In this document: positions 38,255 through 47,722 of the stretch, piece by piece
Layout: each line of letters begins with the position of its first letter
How positions within the stretch are numbered: the first letter of the stretch is position 1
Source: a virus
DNA length: 64,000 nt
Virus record (IMG/VR): IMGVR_UViG_3300013101_000007
Span: 15,740-79,739 of that record
Strand: one strand, 5' to 3'
Notes under the pieces: generated by a model
The model's input: only the letters and a program-made list of their open reading frames with translations
Database searches by the model: none
What the model was told of the DNA's origin: nothing
Translations under genes and position numbers: made by a program

Positions 38255-38727
38255 CAGATGAAAATAAACCGCCTTTAAAGATTGACCAGAAAATAAAAGA
38301 CTTTCAGGTTAAGCCTGAAGAGGTGGTTGGTCTTGTGTGTGAACAAGTAGGGATGAACGAAGAAATAAAAAGGGAGGAAATACTGCATGGCAAAACCTAT
38401 AAATTCAAACATCCTTCAAAAGACTTCGCCTATTACGTTACTTTAAACGATATTGAAATTGGTGGCACGTTGTATCCCTATGAGATTTTTATTAACTGTA
38501 AAGACCCTGAGAGCGCACAATGGGTATTTGCCTTAACCCGTGTAATATCCGCAGTATTCAGAAAAGGTGGAGATATTCTTTTTTTGGTTGAAGAATTAAA
38601 AGGAGTATTTGACCCTGCGGGTGGGTATTACAGAAAGGGGGGTGTGTACATGCCATCAATAGTAGCTGAGATAGGGCATATAATTGAAAAGCATTTATTA
38701 GGTATGGGGATTAAACCAGATGACTAA
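38251..38727 (+). CDS. NrdJb-like (TSCPD domain) ribonucleotide reductase subunit
   Basis: PYEIFIN...ALTRVISAVFRKGGD..FLVEELK.VFDP.GGY...G.YMPSIVAEIG. Confidence 0.75.
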   Translation: MTDENKPPLKIDQKIKDFQVKPEEVVGLVCEQVGMNEEIKREEILHGKTYKFKHPSKDFAYYVTLNDIEIGGTLYPYEIFINCKDPESAQWVFALTRVISAVFRKGGDILFLVEELKGVFDPAGGYYRKGGVYMPSIVAEIGHIIEKHLLGMGIKPDD

Positions 38728-39223
38728 ATGGGACTATAAATTTTTGAAACTGGCAGAGTATATTGCAGATAACTGGAGTAAAGACCCTCATATTAAAGTG
38801 GGGGCGGTTGTTGTAGATACAAAAAACCCAGCTGAGTATTACACCGGCTACAATGGCTTTCCTAAAAAAATAATAGATAGTGAAGAAAGGTATAAGCAGA
38901 AAGAAATAAAACATAAAATAATAATCCATGCTGAATTAAACGCTATCTTGAATTCCAAAAGATGCCTAGCAGGGTTTACTTTATACTCCACTAGATTTCC
39001 CTGTTTAAAATGCGTATTGGCTATTATCCAAGTTGGTATTGGGTTGGTGGTTACTTATGCACCAAGTAAAAAAGATGTGTGGAAGCATAAATCTGATTAC
39101 CTAACTATTGTGACTTTATTGATTGAAGCAGATGTGCCTATTGTTTTAATAGAAAACGATACCGTAATAAGTTTGGATGATTTCAAAACAAGGGTTCTAA
39201 AAAGTGCTGAAAGAGAAACATAA
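38720..39223 (+). CDS. dCMP deaminase
   Basis: SKDP..KVGA, GYNGFP, HAELNAI, PCLKC. Confidence 0.9.
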   Translation: MTKWDYKFLKLAEYIADNWSKDPHIKVGAVVVDTKNPAEYYTGYNGFPKKIIDSEERYKQKEIKHKIIIHAELNAILNSKRCLAGFTLYSTRFPCLKCVLAIIQVGIGLVVTYAPSKKDVWKHKSDYLTIVTLLIEADVPIVLIENDTVISLDDFKTRVLKSAERET

Positions 39224-39395
39224 AACTATAATTTTATAAAGGGATTCAAGCAATGTGCTTATATGCGAAACAAGATAAGATAGCTATTCTATTACTATGT
39301 GTTGCGGTTTTCTTTGTAGGTTTTTTAATGGGTATGTTGGTACTAATACCAAAAGTTACAGATACCGATAAAGCATTACAGGTTTATATTGAGAA

Positions 39396-39746
39396 ATGTT
39401 TATGAAGCCAGATTACTTACAAGAGTCCATAGATAAATTTATGTTGGATGGAGAAGAGCTGGGATTGTTTGTAACACTAAAAGGTATTATTCCAGATGTT
39501 CACTTCTGCTTACCTAAGTGGTGCAGTATTCATTTTGAAGAAGGTAAGCCGCCACAGAAAGCTAGAGATTCATTATTTAAAAACAAAAAAGATAAGGAGG
39601 TTAATTACTTAGAAACCAAAAAAATGCTGGTTAATATGATGCACGTTACTATTCAAGTTCAAGCATTAATTAAGCAATTACTTCATACCCTTGAAGAAGG
39701 TAGGGAGAGTAAACCAGATAACCAAACAAACAAAAGGTTACACTAA
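39396..39746 (+). CDS. Hypothetical protein
   Basis: ORF in operon. Confidence 0.5.
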   Translation: MFMKPDYLQESIDKFMLDGEELGLFVTLKGIIPDVHFCLPKWCSIHFEEGKPPQKARDSLFKNKKDKEVNYLETKKMLVNMMHVTIQVQALIKQLLHTLEEGRESKPDNQTNKRLH

Positions 39747-39943
39747 TGCACAAGTATAAAATAACCGTAATAGATCAATACACCGGTGTAGCAATAGCTG
39801 AGATTATTGAATCTCCAACATTTCCCACTCCACAAGACCCACTTCATTATTTAAAAGATGGCAGGGGTGGTATTCCAATTCGAGTAGAACGGGTAATAGA
39901 AGCCGACTACACAGAAACACTTGATTTATCTTCAGTATTATAG
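39746..39943 (+). CDS. Hypothetical protein
   Basis: TAATG coupling. Confidence 0.5.
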   Translation: MHKYKITVIDQYTGVAIAEIIESPTFPTPQDPLHYLKDGRGGIPIRVERVIEADYTETLDLSSVL

Positions 39944-39952
39944 GGGCAATAA

Positions 39953-40306
39953 ATGTATCATTACAAATGTAAGCTAGATAGAGTAATAGATGGCGATACA
40001 GTGGACGCTACGATTGAATTAGGATTTAAGATAACGATTCATAAGCGTATTCGTTTAATGGGCTTAGACGCGCCTGAGACACGTACACGGGATAAAGAAG
40101 AAAAAGAGCATGGCCTTGAATCTAAAGCGTGGTTGGCTAATAGAATTAAGGTGGATGGTGATGGGTACTTTGAACTTATCACTGAGAAAGATGATTCAGG
40201 AAAATACGGGAGGTTACTTGGTACGCTATATGTTGACCATGTAAATCTCAATGAGCAGATGGTTGACCTTCAATTAGCAGAACCTTACAACGGTGGAAAA
40301 AGATAA
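39953..40306 (+). CDS. Thermonuclease (SNase family)
   Basis: RVIDGDT, RLMGLDAPE, KYGRLLG. Confidence 0.88.
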   Translation: MYHYKCKLDRVIDGDTVDATIELGFKITIHKRIRLMGLDAPETRTRDKEEKEHGLESKAWLANRIKVDGDGYFELITEKDDSGKYGRLLGTLYVDHVNLNEQMVDLQLAEPYNGGKR

Positions 40307-40494
40307 TGCAATACACTTGTCCTAATTGTGGGGCAATTGGTGGTGACAATAATAAAACTTACAGGGATGTAGGTTATTGGTGTCATGTATGCCACGACCC
40401 AAAAGTAAGAATGAAACCTTCCAATAACGGTAAAATACTACCAGAATCAGAAGTAATAAAACATAATAAAATTATTGAGCTAAATGGGGAGTGA
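40306..40494 (+). CDS. Small zinc-ribbon protein
   Basis: CPNC...CHVC. Confidence 0.55.
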   Translation: MQYTCPNCGAIGGDNNKTYRDVGYWCHVCHDPKVRMKPSNNGKILPESEVIKHNKIIELNGE

Positions 40495-40498
40495 TTAA

Positions 40499-40522
40499 TG
40501 CAATTGATTGCAATTGATTGCA
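40499..40522. repeat. Dispersed palindrome, locus 11 (overlapping double copy)
   Basis: TGCAATTGATTGCAATTGATTGCA. Confidence 0.9.
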
Positions 40523-40694
40523 CTGGCTAAATCCCTCAAGGCCACGGGAATGGCGGGAATGGCGGAAAAGAACACTGAATACAGTATAGAGTATAAAGAT
40601 AAACATATACAGAGAGTAATAGAGAGAGATAAATAATAGTAAATGTGCTTAATACCTATGACGAATTGTTAGTACAAATAATAATTCATAAAAT

Positions 40695-40723
40695 TTGACC
40701 CTAAGTAGATAATAACGTATATT
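40695..40723 (+). promoter_or_regulatory. Putative sigma70 promoter of the ParB/modification/terminase operon
   Basis: TTGACC-17bp-TATATT. Confidence 0.5.
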
Positions 40724-40813
40724 TGGGTTTAATGTGTATAGAACGCCTTAATACCTAGAAGTGTAGGGGGGTGTAGATGTATGTTACTAACCTAAAATAA
40801 ATGTTATCTACCT

Positions 40814-41419
40814 ATGAAAATAAAAAATACCACCTTATCTAGCCTGAAACCCTCGCCCAGCAACGTCCGCGTACATTCTGACGAACAAATTAACTCAGTA
40901 GTTGCCAGTATGGAAGAGTTCGGATATACGAACCCTATCTTAGTGGATGAGGACAATAATATACTGGCGGGGCACTGTCGATATGAAGCACTAACCCGAA
41001 TGGAGATTGAGAAGGTAAAAGTTTTAGTAGTGGCTGGATTATCAGATATTCAAAAACGTGCTTACATGTTGGCTGATAATAAATTAGCAATGAATTCTGA
41101 TTGGGATGTAGAGGCATTAAATGAAGAACTGTTGGCCTTGCAAGAATCAGATGAAATAGATTTTGATTTACTTGGATTCAATGAGCAGGATATGGCAGAC
41201 ATTGAAGAAGAGTTGTTAGCGTTAGCCGAAGCCGCTGAACTTGATGAAAGTGGATTTAAACCAGAAATAAACCCTTCATCAAAAGACTACAAAGAAGTGG
41301 ATGGTGACGACTTAGATAAAACAGCCGAGGCTTTGGGTAGTAAGTTTGATAGTACTGAAGAAGAAACGGTTGAAGTAGTATGCCCTCATTGTGCTGAAAC
41401 ATTTTTAGTGAGACTATAA
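40814..41419 (+). CDS. ParB/Srx N-terminal domain protein with C-terminal CPxC
   Basis: N.R.HS..QI..SMEEFGYTNPILVD....LAGHCRYEAL...LADNK. Confidence 0.88.
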   Translation: MKIKNTTLSSLKPSPSNVRVHSDEQINSVVASMEEFGYTNPILVDEDNNILAGHCRYEALTRMEIEKVKVLVVAGLSDIQKRAYMLADNKLAMNSDWDVEALNEELLALQESDEIDFDLLGFNEQDMADIEEELLALAEAAELDESGFKPEINPSSKDYKEVDGDDLDKTAEALGSKFDSTEEETVEVVCPHCAETFLVRL

Positions 41420-41710
41420 ATGGATATTAAAGAAGTAACTGAAATATTCAATAGCCTTGATTGGACGTTTGCCAAAACAATGCCACGCAATCCGCACTTT
41501 TATACAGTGAGAAAAGATTGGGAGGATGATGCCTTATTTTGTAAAGTAGTTATGTTTATACGAAGGAATGGGCATGTAGTGAAATTTGGTAAAGCTAAAT
41601 ACACTATATTAGTTATAAATGGTTTTAGGTATTGGACTATGGGTTGTCCTTTAAATAGACCGGATGGCTCACATTTCACCAGATTGATAAACAGGGCTGT
41701 AGAGAAATGA
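41420..41710 (+). CDS. Conserved hypothetical protein (WTFAKTMP.NPH.Y family)
   Basis: WTFAKTMPRNPHFY...RYWTMG...LINRA. Confidence 0.6.
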   Translation: MDIKEVTEIFNSLDWTFAKTMPRNPHFYTVRKDWEDDALFCKVVMFIRRNGHVVKFGKAKYTILVINGFRYWTMGCPLNRPDGSHFTRLINRAVEK

Positions 41711-42099
41711 GTCGTGGCTTTCTGAGGATTCAGACTGTAGATAAGCATGTTGCGAGAAGGTATTTAATATCTATGCAAGTGTTACAGAATTTTGAGTATA
41801 GAGATAGAGATTTATGGTTAGGGGTGTACAGTGATAAATTACTGGTAGGCGTTTGTTGTTTCTCATATATGGAATCTACTGGAAACATAATGCACAACTA
41901 TGTAACCCTTAGATACAGAAGAAGAGGGGCATTGGCTAAGATACTAATACGAATAAAGAGATTTGCCAGAGATAATAGTATAGGGGTTATCTATTCCTTT
42001 GTTACTCCATTAGCATTAAATTCTCATTTACGGGCGGGTGCTAAATTTGTATGTTCTTATAAAAATAAAAATACTAAGGTAATGTATGAGAATTTTTAG
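41707..42099 (+). CDS. GNAT-family acetyltransferase
   Basis: LVGVC..., YVTLRYRRRG acetyl-CoA motif A, terminal AGAKFV. Confidence 0.65.
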   Translation: MSRGFLRIQTVDKHVARRYLISMQVLQNFEYRDRDLWLGVYSDKLLVGVCCFSYMESTGNIMHNYVTLRYRRRGALAKILIRIKRFARDNSIGVIYSFVTPLALNSHLRAGAKFVCSYKNKNTKVMYENF

Positions 42100-43303
42100 C
42101 GGTAAAAATGTATTTGACACGGCCTTAGATAGAATAAGGCATTTATACGATGAGTTTGAGAATGTTATAGTAAGTTTTTCTGGAGGTAAAGATAGTACTA
42201 TCTGTTTACAGTTGGCTTTAATTGTTGCAGAAGAAAAAGGACGATTACCTGTTAGTGTGGTATTTATAGATCAAGAGGCTGAATGGACTTTTGTACAAAC
42301 ATACATGAAGAAGGTTATGTATGATGAAAGAATAAAGCCCTACTGGTTTCAGATGCCTATAAAAATAACCAATTCCACTTCAACTACAGACCCGTGGTTG
42401 TATTGTTGGAAAGAGGAGGATAAAGAGAACTGGTTGCATCAAAAAGACCCGATAAGTATAAAAAATAATGTGTACGGTACTGATAGATTTTCAGAATTAT
42501 TCAATGCCATTATAGGTGAGGAGTTTAAAGGGCAAAGAACAGCTAATCTGGGAGGTATAAGGGCAGAAGAAAGCCCCTCCAGAGCATTAGGTTTGACCGG
42601 TGCTATTACCTACAAAGATATAACTTGGGGGAAGGTATTAAGCAAGAAGTTACAACACTTCACTTTTTATCCAATATATGACTGGGGTTATCGGGATGTA
42701 TGGAAAGCGATTCTGGATAATAAATGGCAGTACTGTAAATTGTATGATTACATGTATCAATATGGTGTGAGTGTTCATAACATGAGAGTATCTAATCTAC
42801 ACCATGAGACCGCAATACAAAACCTATATATCCTACAAGAAATTGAACCTGAGTTATGGGGTAGGTTGACAAAGAGATTACAAGGTATTAACACCGCAGG
42901 GCAGTTAAAGTTTGGCAGTATAAAGCCGCCAAAAACATTACCTTTTATGTTTAAAGACTGGATGGAGTATCGGGATTATTTACTGGAGAAACTGGTATCA
43001 GATGAGGATATAAAAAAGAAATTTAAGCGTTACTTTGAATTACATGATGATAAATTTAAACCACCTAAGATAAGAGAACACTGGTTAAAAGCTAATATTG
43101 TAGCAATACTCATTAATGACCCAGATACTAAACTCACAATGTTTAAAGTTCGGGCTAATGTGCGTGAATATGTGGCTTACTTAAAAGGTATTAAACGGCC
43201 TAATAATGTAAACAATACTTATATACTAGACTTACTTGATTATGAATCTAAACAAAAAATTAAAAGACGTAATAAAAGCGGCCTCAAATTCAGCAAAAAA
43301 TAA
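42086..43303 (+). CDS. PAPS-reductase-family PP-loop protein (IbrA/YbdN, DUF3440-like)
   Basis: VSFSGGKDS, FIDQEAE, GIRAEES..R, YPIYDW...DVW, MRVS. Confidence 0.88.
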   Translation: MRIFSGKNVFDTALDRIRHLYDEFENVIVSFSGGKDSTICLQLALIVAEEKGRLPVSVVFIDQEAEWTFVQTYMKKVMYDERIKPYWFQMPIKITNSTSTTDPWLYCWKEEDKENWLHQKDPISIKNNVYGTDRFSELFNAIIGEEFKGQRTANLGGIRAEESPSRALGLTGAITYKDITWGKVLSKKLQHFTFYPIYDWGYRDVWKAILDNKWQYCKLYDYMYQYGVSVHNMRVSNLHHETAIQNLYILQEIEPELWGRLTKRLQGINTAGQLKFGSIKPPKTLPFMFKDWMEYRDYLLEKLVSDEDIKKKFKRYFELHDDKFKPPKIREHWLKANIVAILINDPDTKLTMFKVRANVREYVAYLKGIKRPNNVNNTYILDLLDYESKQKIKRRNKSGLKFSKK

Positions 43304-43961
43304 AGATGATTTTGTTTATGCCTTGAGGGAGTTTATCCATACTGAAATCTCAATAAGAAAGCACCAGCCGGTTGATTTAATCCGGTGGGTGGATATAGGT
43401 AAGGTAAAGCCAAACGATTACAACCCTAATAGCGTGGCTACGGTTGAATTGAAGCTATTGCATACATCCGTAAAGGCAGATGGTTATACGCAGCCTATAG
43501 TGACGATATACGATGAAGAGAACGATGAGTATATTATTGTTGATGGCTTTCATAGATACTTCACTATGTTGAATAATGCAGATATTACTGAAATGACCCT
43601 AGACAAGTTGCCGGTGGTGGTTATTAATTCTAAAATTAATGATCGTATGGCTTCAACTGTCAGGCATAATCGGGCAAGAGGTAAACACTCAATTAATGGA
43701 ATGTCTAACATGGTTTTTAATATGTTGGAGAATGGTTGGGAGGATGCCCAGATATGTAATGAGTTGGGTATGGAAGCCGAAGAGTTACTGAAGTTAAAAC
43801 ATATAACTGGCTTCTCAAAATTATTCGAGAATATTGATTATGCTAAAGCATGGGAAACGAAAAAACAACTTCAGTTAAAAAAGAAGTATCGGGATGAAAA
43901 CCCAGTGCAACCAATTGCAAAAAAGAAAGGCGTTACCATTGTTAGAAAGGGTAAGAAGTAA
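43242..43961 (+). CDS. ParB-like partner (IbrB/YbdM)
   Basis: PVD..WV....PNDYNPN.VA, DGYTQPIV, IVDGFHR, RMASTVRHNRARGKH. Confidence 0.88.
   Translation: MNLNKKLKDVIKAASNSAKNKDDFVYALREFIHTEISIRKHQPVDLIRWVDIGKVKPNDYNPNSVATVELKLLHTSVKADGYTQPIVTIYDEENDEYIIVDGFHRYFTMLNNADITEMTLDKLPVVVINSKINDRMASTVRHNRARGKHSINGMSNMVFNMLENGWEDAQICNELGMEAEELLKLKHITGFSKLFENIDYAKAWETKKQLQLKKKYRDENPVQPIAKKKGVTIVRKGKK
43906..43919. repeat. Dispersed palindrome, locus 12
   Basis: TGCAACCAATTGCA in IbrB-like CDS. Confidence 0.85.
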
Positions 43962-44761
43962 TGATTGATTCAAGAGTAAAAATAATTGTGGCAACTACTG
44001 GAGACAGGCCGAAGTTATTATTCGCTTGTTTAAAATCCTTATTACAGTACATGCCAGAATACCCAATAATTGTGGTGGCTCAAGAAGTGCCATCAATCGT
44101 TGTCAGTACATTAAAGAGGCTAAAAAGAAACAACCCTGAGTGGAGTATAGAGTTTTTGTGGCATGAGAAAAAGATAGGGCCTCACTCTGCTAAAGTATCG
44201 GTATTGGAGAAATATCCTGATACTGAGTTATGGGTATCAATGGATGACGATATGGAGGTACTACCAGAGACCGACTACAAGACCCCCTTAGAATACGTTT
44301 TAACTGAGTCGGTTGGGATAGTAAGCTGTAATTGGGTACAAACAGAAACCATGATTGCTAAGAAGAAGTCCAAGATGGAAGAGGCGTATAAACCTCAAAA
44401 GTTAATATACACCGGTGGGGGGTTTATATTTGCTAAGAAGATTGCAGATTTGATAGTTAAGCTACCTGATTTGCCTTATGTATTTGATGATTGCTTATGG
44501 GCGGCTGTGGCTTATGCTGAAGGGTATTTGAATTACAGATACATGGGGAGTGTCTGTATACACCGTATTTGCTCAAAAGGTGGCAGACGTAGTTTTTTAA
44601 TGAGAGAGGATTCAGCCTTACCACCTGAAGGATTACTCATAATGAACCCGTGCAAGAAACAAACTTATCCTTACAAGACTTCAAATTACTACATGCCACG
44701 GGCTAATGAGATACATGCAGATGCAGAAGCCAAACACGCTATAAATAAGAAGGGTGGATAA
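43961..44761 (+). CDS. GT-A fold glycosyltransferase (GT2-like)
   Basis: IIVATTGDR, SMDDDM (DxD), GGGF, FDDC. Confidence 0.7.
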   Translation: MIDSRVKIIVATTGDRPKLLFACLKSLLQYMPEYPIIVVAQEVPSIVVSTLKRLKRNNPEWSIEFLWHEKKIGPHSAKVSVLEKYPDTELWVSMDDDMEVLPETDYKTPLEYVLTESVGIVSCNWVQTETMIAKKKSKMEEAYKPQKLIYTGGGFIFAKKIADLIVKLPDLPYVFDDCLWAAVAYAEGYLNYRYMGSVCIHRICSKGGRRSFLMREDSALPPEGLLIMNPCKKQTYPYKTSNYYMPRANEIHADAEAKHAINKKGG

Positions 44762-44763
44762 TT

Positions 44764-45372
44764 ATGCCTGTAACTATAGTACAAAAACCAAAGGCCAAAA
44801 AGAATAAACATAATGATTCTAGGATACCGTGGCCTGAGATAAAACAACAGTTTATTGAAACCAATTTGGAAGGGAGAATGACCCTGACCCAAGTAGCTGA
44901 AGCGAATAATATTGTTGTTGGTACTTTGGCTAATAAAGCTGCGGCTGATAGGTGGTATGATGAATTGCGGGAAAAGAAATTAGAAATAACCCGTGAAGTA
45001 GAAAAAGCAATGGCGGTTGATACCAAGAAAGTCATTACTCAATTAAAAGCCAAAAATCTTAATGATGAATTGGCAGTAAGGCAGAGGCATTTAGGGTTAT
45101 CAAGAAAGGCATTATTGATAGCTAAAGCCAGACTGGATACTTTAGATTCTAAAAAAATGACGGTACGGGAAACCTTAGACCTTCTTAAATTTGGAGTAGA
45201 GCAGGAACGTAGGGCATTAGGTATGGTAGATGAAACTACTTTAATATTACAGGATGCTCCTAACAGTAATGTTGAATTATCTTATGGTAAGGTTGATTCA
45301 GTTATTGGTACATTGATTGACTTAATGAAAGGGGATGATGGCGTATATGAAGAAGTCAAACAGGGAAATTAA
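44764..45372 (+). CDS. terS: Terminase small subunit
   Basis: N-terminal HTH (W..IKQQF....TLTQVAE....GTL...A....W), directly upstream of terL. Confidence 0.65.
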   Translation: MPVTIVQKPKAKKNKHNDSRIPWPEIKQQFIETNLEGRMTLTQVAEANNIVVGTLANKAAADRWYDELREKKLEITREVEKAMAVDTKKVITQLKAKNLNDELAVRQRHLGLSRKALLIAKARLDTLDSKKMTVRETLDLLKFGVEQERRALGMVDETTLILQDAPNSNVELSYGKVDSVIGTLIDLMKGDDGVYEEVKQGN

Positions 45373-47206
45373 AAGAGAAAGGATTAATCAAGTAATTGAT
45401 ACTCAGATACCGTCTTACCATAAAGAGTTTTTTATGGAGATATTACGTGCTAGACAGCACGGAGTAATATCTGCAATAGAGAAGAAGTACAAACGCTTAC
45501 CAGTACCAGCTAATATATTCATTAATGAGCAGACATTATTAGGGACTCCAAACACGTTGTATCCTGAGATAATGAAGTGCATGGTTGATCTGAACAACGG
45601 GACGTACACTGAAGCAGTATTAACCGGCTCAATAGGGTGTGGCAAGACGACTTTAGCCTTGTACACCACCGCATACCAGTTATATTTATTATCGTGCCTT
45701 AGAGACCCTCACAGAGAGTTTGGACTTGACCCTGCTTCAGAGATAATATTTATATTCCAGTCAATCAATGAGGCACTTGCAAAGCAGGTGGATTTTGCCA
45801 GATTTAAAGCAATGATTGAGAACAGTGAATACTTCACCAAGCATTTCATGTTTGATAGGAGTCTGGAATCTAAATTAAAATTCAATAACAGAATAGAAGT
45901 GATACCTGTATCTGGACAAGAGACAGCTGCCATAGGACAAAATGTAATTGGTGGGGTGATTGATGAGCTTAACTACATGGCGGTTATTGATAGGTCTAAG
46001 AGTAGTGTAGATGGCGGCACTTACGACCAAGCGATTGCCTTGTATAACTCATTGGCGCGTAGAAGAAAATCAAGATTTATGTCAAAGGGCGCATTGCCGG
46101 GAGTATTGTGTTTAGTATCCTCCAAACGATACCCAGGCCAATTCACAGATATTAAGATGGAAGAGGCTCGTAATGAGCTAGAACGTGAAGGTAAAACTAC
46201 TATTTATGTCTACGATAAAAAATCGTGGGATGTGATACCACCTGAAAGATTTGTAGGTACACGCTTCAAGGTATTCACGGGTGATGAATCAAAGAAAGCG
46301 TATATCATTACAACCAAGAAGGAACTAAAGAGGCATGAGGATGAACCAGAATTAGTATTGTCTGTGCCTACTGAGTATAGAACAGAATTTGAAACCGATA
46401 TGATGAACTCCTTGAGGGAGATTGCCGGTGTAAGTACATTAGCCAAACATCCATTTCTGGTTAATACTGAGAAGGTTGCAGAGGCATTTAATATTAACCA
46501 TGAGTCCATATTATCGAGGGAGTGTGTGGACTTCAAAGATACTCAGTTATTGATATACCCAGAACGGTTCAAGAACTTAAAAGAGCCACGGTGGGTACAT
46601 TTAGATTTAGCATTGACTGGTGATAGTGCCGGTATGAGTATGGGGTATGTAAAGGATTTCAAAGCCATTAAGCGTGGTGAGTTTGAAATGGAATTACTAC
46701 CGAATATAAACATGGATTTTACCCTAGAGATAGAACCACCTAAAGGGGATGAAATACAGTTCCATAAATTGCGATCATTAATTTATAAGCTGTCTGAGTA
46801 CGGGATTAAGATTAAATGGGTAAGTCTGGATAGTTATCAATCCTCAGATTTTCTACAGATACTACGAGTGAAGGGGTACAAGACCGGCTTAATATCCTTA
46901 GATAAAACCACCATGCCGTACAACATAACAAAGACTTGTATTTATGATGGCAGATTAACCACTCATCCCCATGCGAAACTAAAGCATGAATTATTATCAC
47001 TAGAGATCGACCAGAAGAAGGGCAAGATTGACCACCCAAGCACTTCCACTAAAGATGTATCTGATTCTTTAGGCGGTGTAGTTTACGGATTGACCACTAG
47101 AAAAGAGATATGGATTAGGCATAAAGTGCCATTAAGTAAAGTACCTCAGTCAGTTGTTGGGGCTTTAGAATCACAGGCTTCAGCAGATAATATAAAGGGT
47201 GCATGA
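45335..47206 (+). CDS. terL: Terminase large subunit
   Basis: Walker A TGSIGCGKT, Walker B GVIDE, nuclease HLDLALTGDSAG, LDSYQS, KIDHP...KDVSDS. Confidence 0.9.
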   Translation: MMAYMKKSNREIKRERINQVIDTQIPSYHKEFFMEILRARQHGVISAIEKKYKRLPVPANIFINEQTLLGTPNTLYPEIMKCMVDLNNGTYTEAVLTGSIGCGKTTLALYTTAYQLYLLSCLRDPHREFGLDPASEIIFIFQSINEALAKQVDFARFKAMIENSEYFTKHFMFDRSLESKLKFNNRIEVIPVSGQETAAIGQNVIGGVIDELNYMAVIDRSKSSVDGGTYDQAIALYNSLARRRKSRFMSKGALPGVLCLVSSKRYPGQFTDIKMEEARNELEREGKTTIYVYDKKSWDVIPPERFVGTRFKVFTGDESKKAYIITTKKELKRHEDEPELVLSVPTEYRTEFETDMMNSLREIAGVSTLAKHPFLVNTEKVAEAFNINHESILSRECVDFKDTQLLIYPERFKNLKEPRWVHLDLALTGDSAGMSMGYVKDFKAIKRGEFEMELLPNINMDFTLEIEPPKGDEIQFHKLRSLIYKLSEYGIKIKWVSLDSYQSSDFLQILRVKGYKTGLISLDKTTMPYNITKTCIYDGRLTTHPHAKLKHELLSLEIDQKKGKIDHPSTSTKDVSDSLGGVVYGLTTRKEIWIRHKVPLSKVPQSVVGALESQASADNIKGA

Positions 47207-47213
47207 TAACCAG

Positions 47214-47227
47214 TGCAATCAATTGCA
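47214..47227. repeat. Dispersed palindrome, locus 13
   Basis: TGCAATCAATTGCA after terL. Confidence 0.9.
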
Positions 47228-47249
47228 ATTAAAATAAATAAGAAATGAT

Positions 47250-47277
47250 TTGACAATAGAAATTATACGTGTATAAT
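47250..47277 (+). promoter_or_regulatory. Early promoter cassette
   Basis: TTGACA atagaaattatacgtg TATAAT. Confidence 0.85.
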
Positions 47278-47308
47278 GAAGCTCAACATCAACAAACGGA
47301 TTAAACAA

Positions 47309-47461
47309 ATGTTGGAATTATCAATTGTCTTTATACTTCTTTTAACATTCATCATTATGTTGGTGATGTTGGTTAAAAACTTATTTCCTACTCCAGATTA
47401 TGATTTGTCTACGGAATACGACCAAAACATTGATTTTACTACAACACCTTTTGAATTTTAG
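47309..47461 (+). CDS. Small membrane protein, first early gene
   Basis: ATG after leader motif; 20-aa TM helix. Confidence 0.55.
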   Translation: MLELSIVFILLLTFIIMLVMLVKNLFPTPDYDLSTEYDQNIDFTTTPFEF

Positions 47462-47479
47462 AAAACGGATTAAACCATT

Positions 47480-47722
47480 ATGAATACTCAAACAGATTTT
47501 GACCATGACGAAACTCAAACAGTAATGTCATTTCAGGTAGGTAATTCTGAAGCTGACGTTGTAGATACCGAGGGAGCGGCTATGTTTCATGGCGTACAAT
47601 GGGAATGTGAATCAGGAGACTTCTGGACTACATTTGATGTGTGGTCTGTTTTTGATACAGATGAATCAAGAGCTGAAGTACAAAGATTTGTTGATTGGGC
47701 TACAGATGTTGAGGAGGCATAA
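47480..47722 (+). CDS. Highly acidic small protein
   Basis: 20 D/E versus 2 R and no K in 80 aa; own AAACGGATTAAA leader. Confidence 0.6.
   Translation: MNTQTDFDHDETQTVMSFQVGNSEADVVDTEGAAMFHGVQWECESGDFWTTFDVWSVFDTDESRAEVQRFVDWATDVEEA

Noticed and set aside
42086-43303. CysH as a sulfur-assimilation AMG
   Set aside because: Sequence and pairing with a ParB-like gene match the IbrA/IbrB (YbdN/YbdM) type; no C-terminal ECGLH motif of true PAPS reductases
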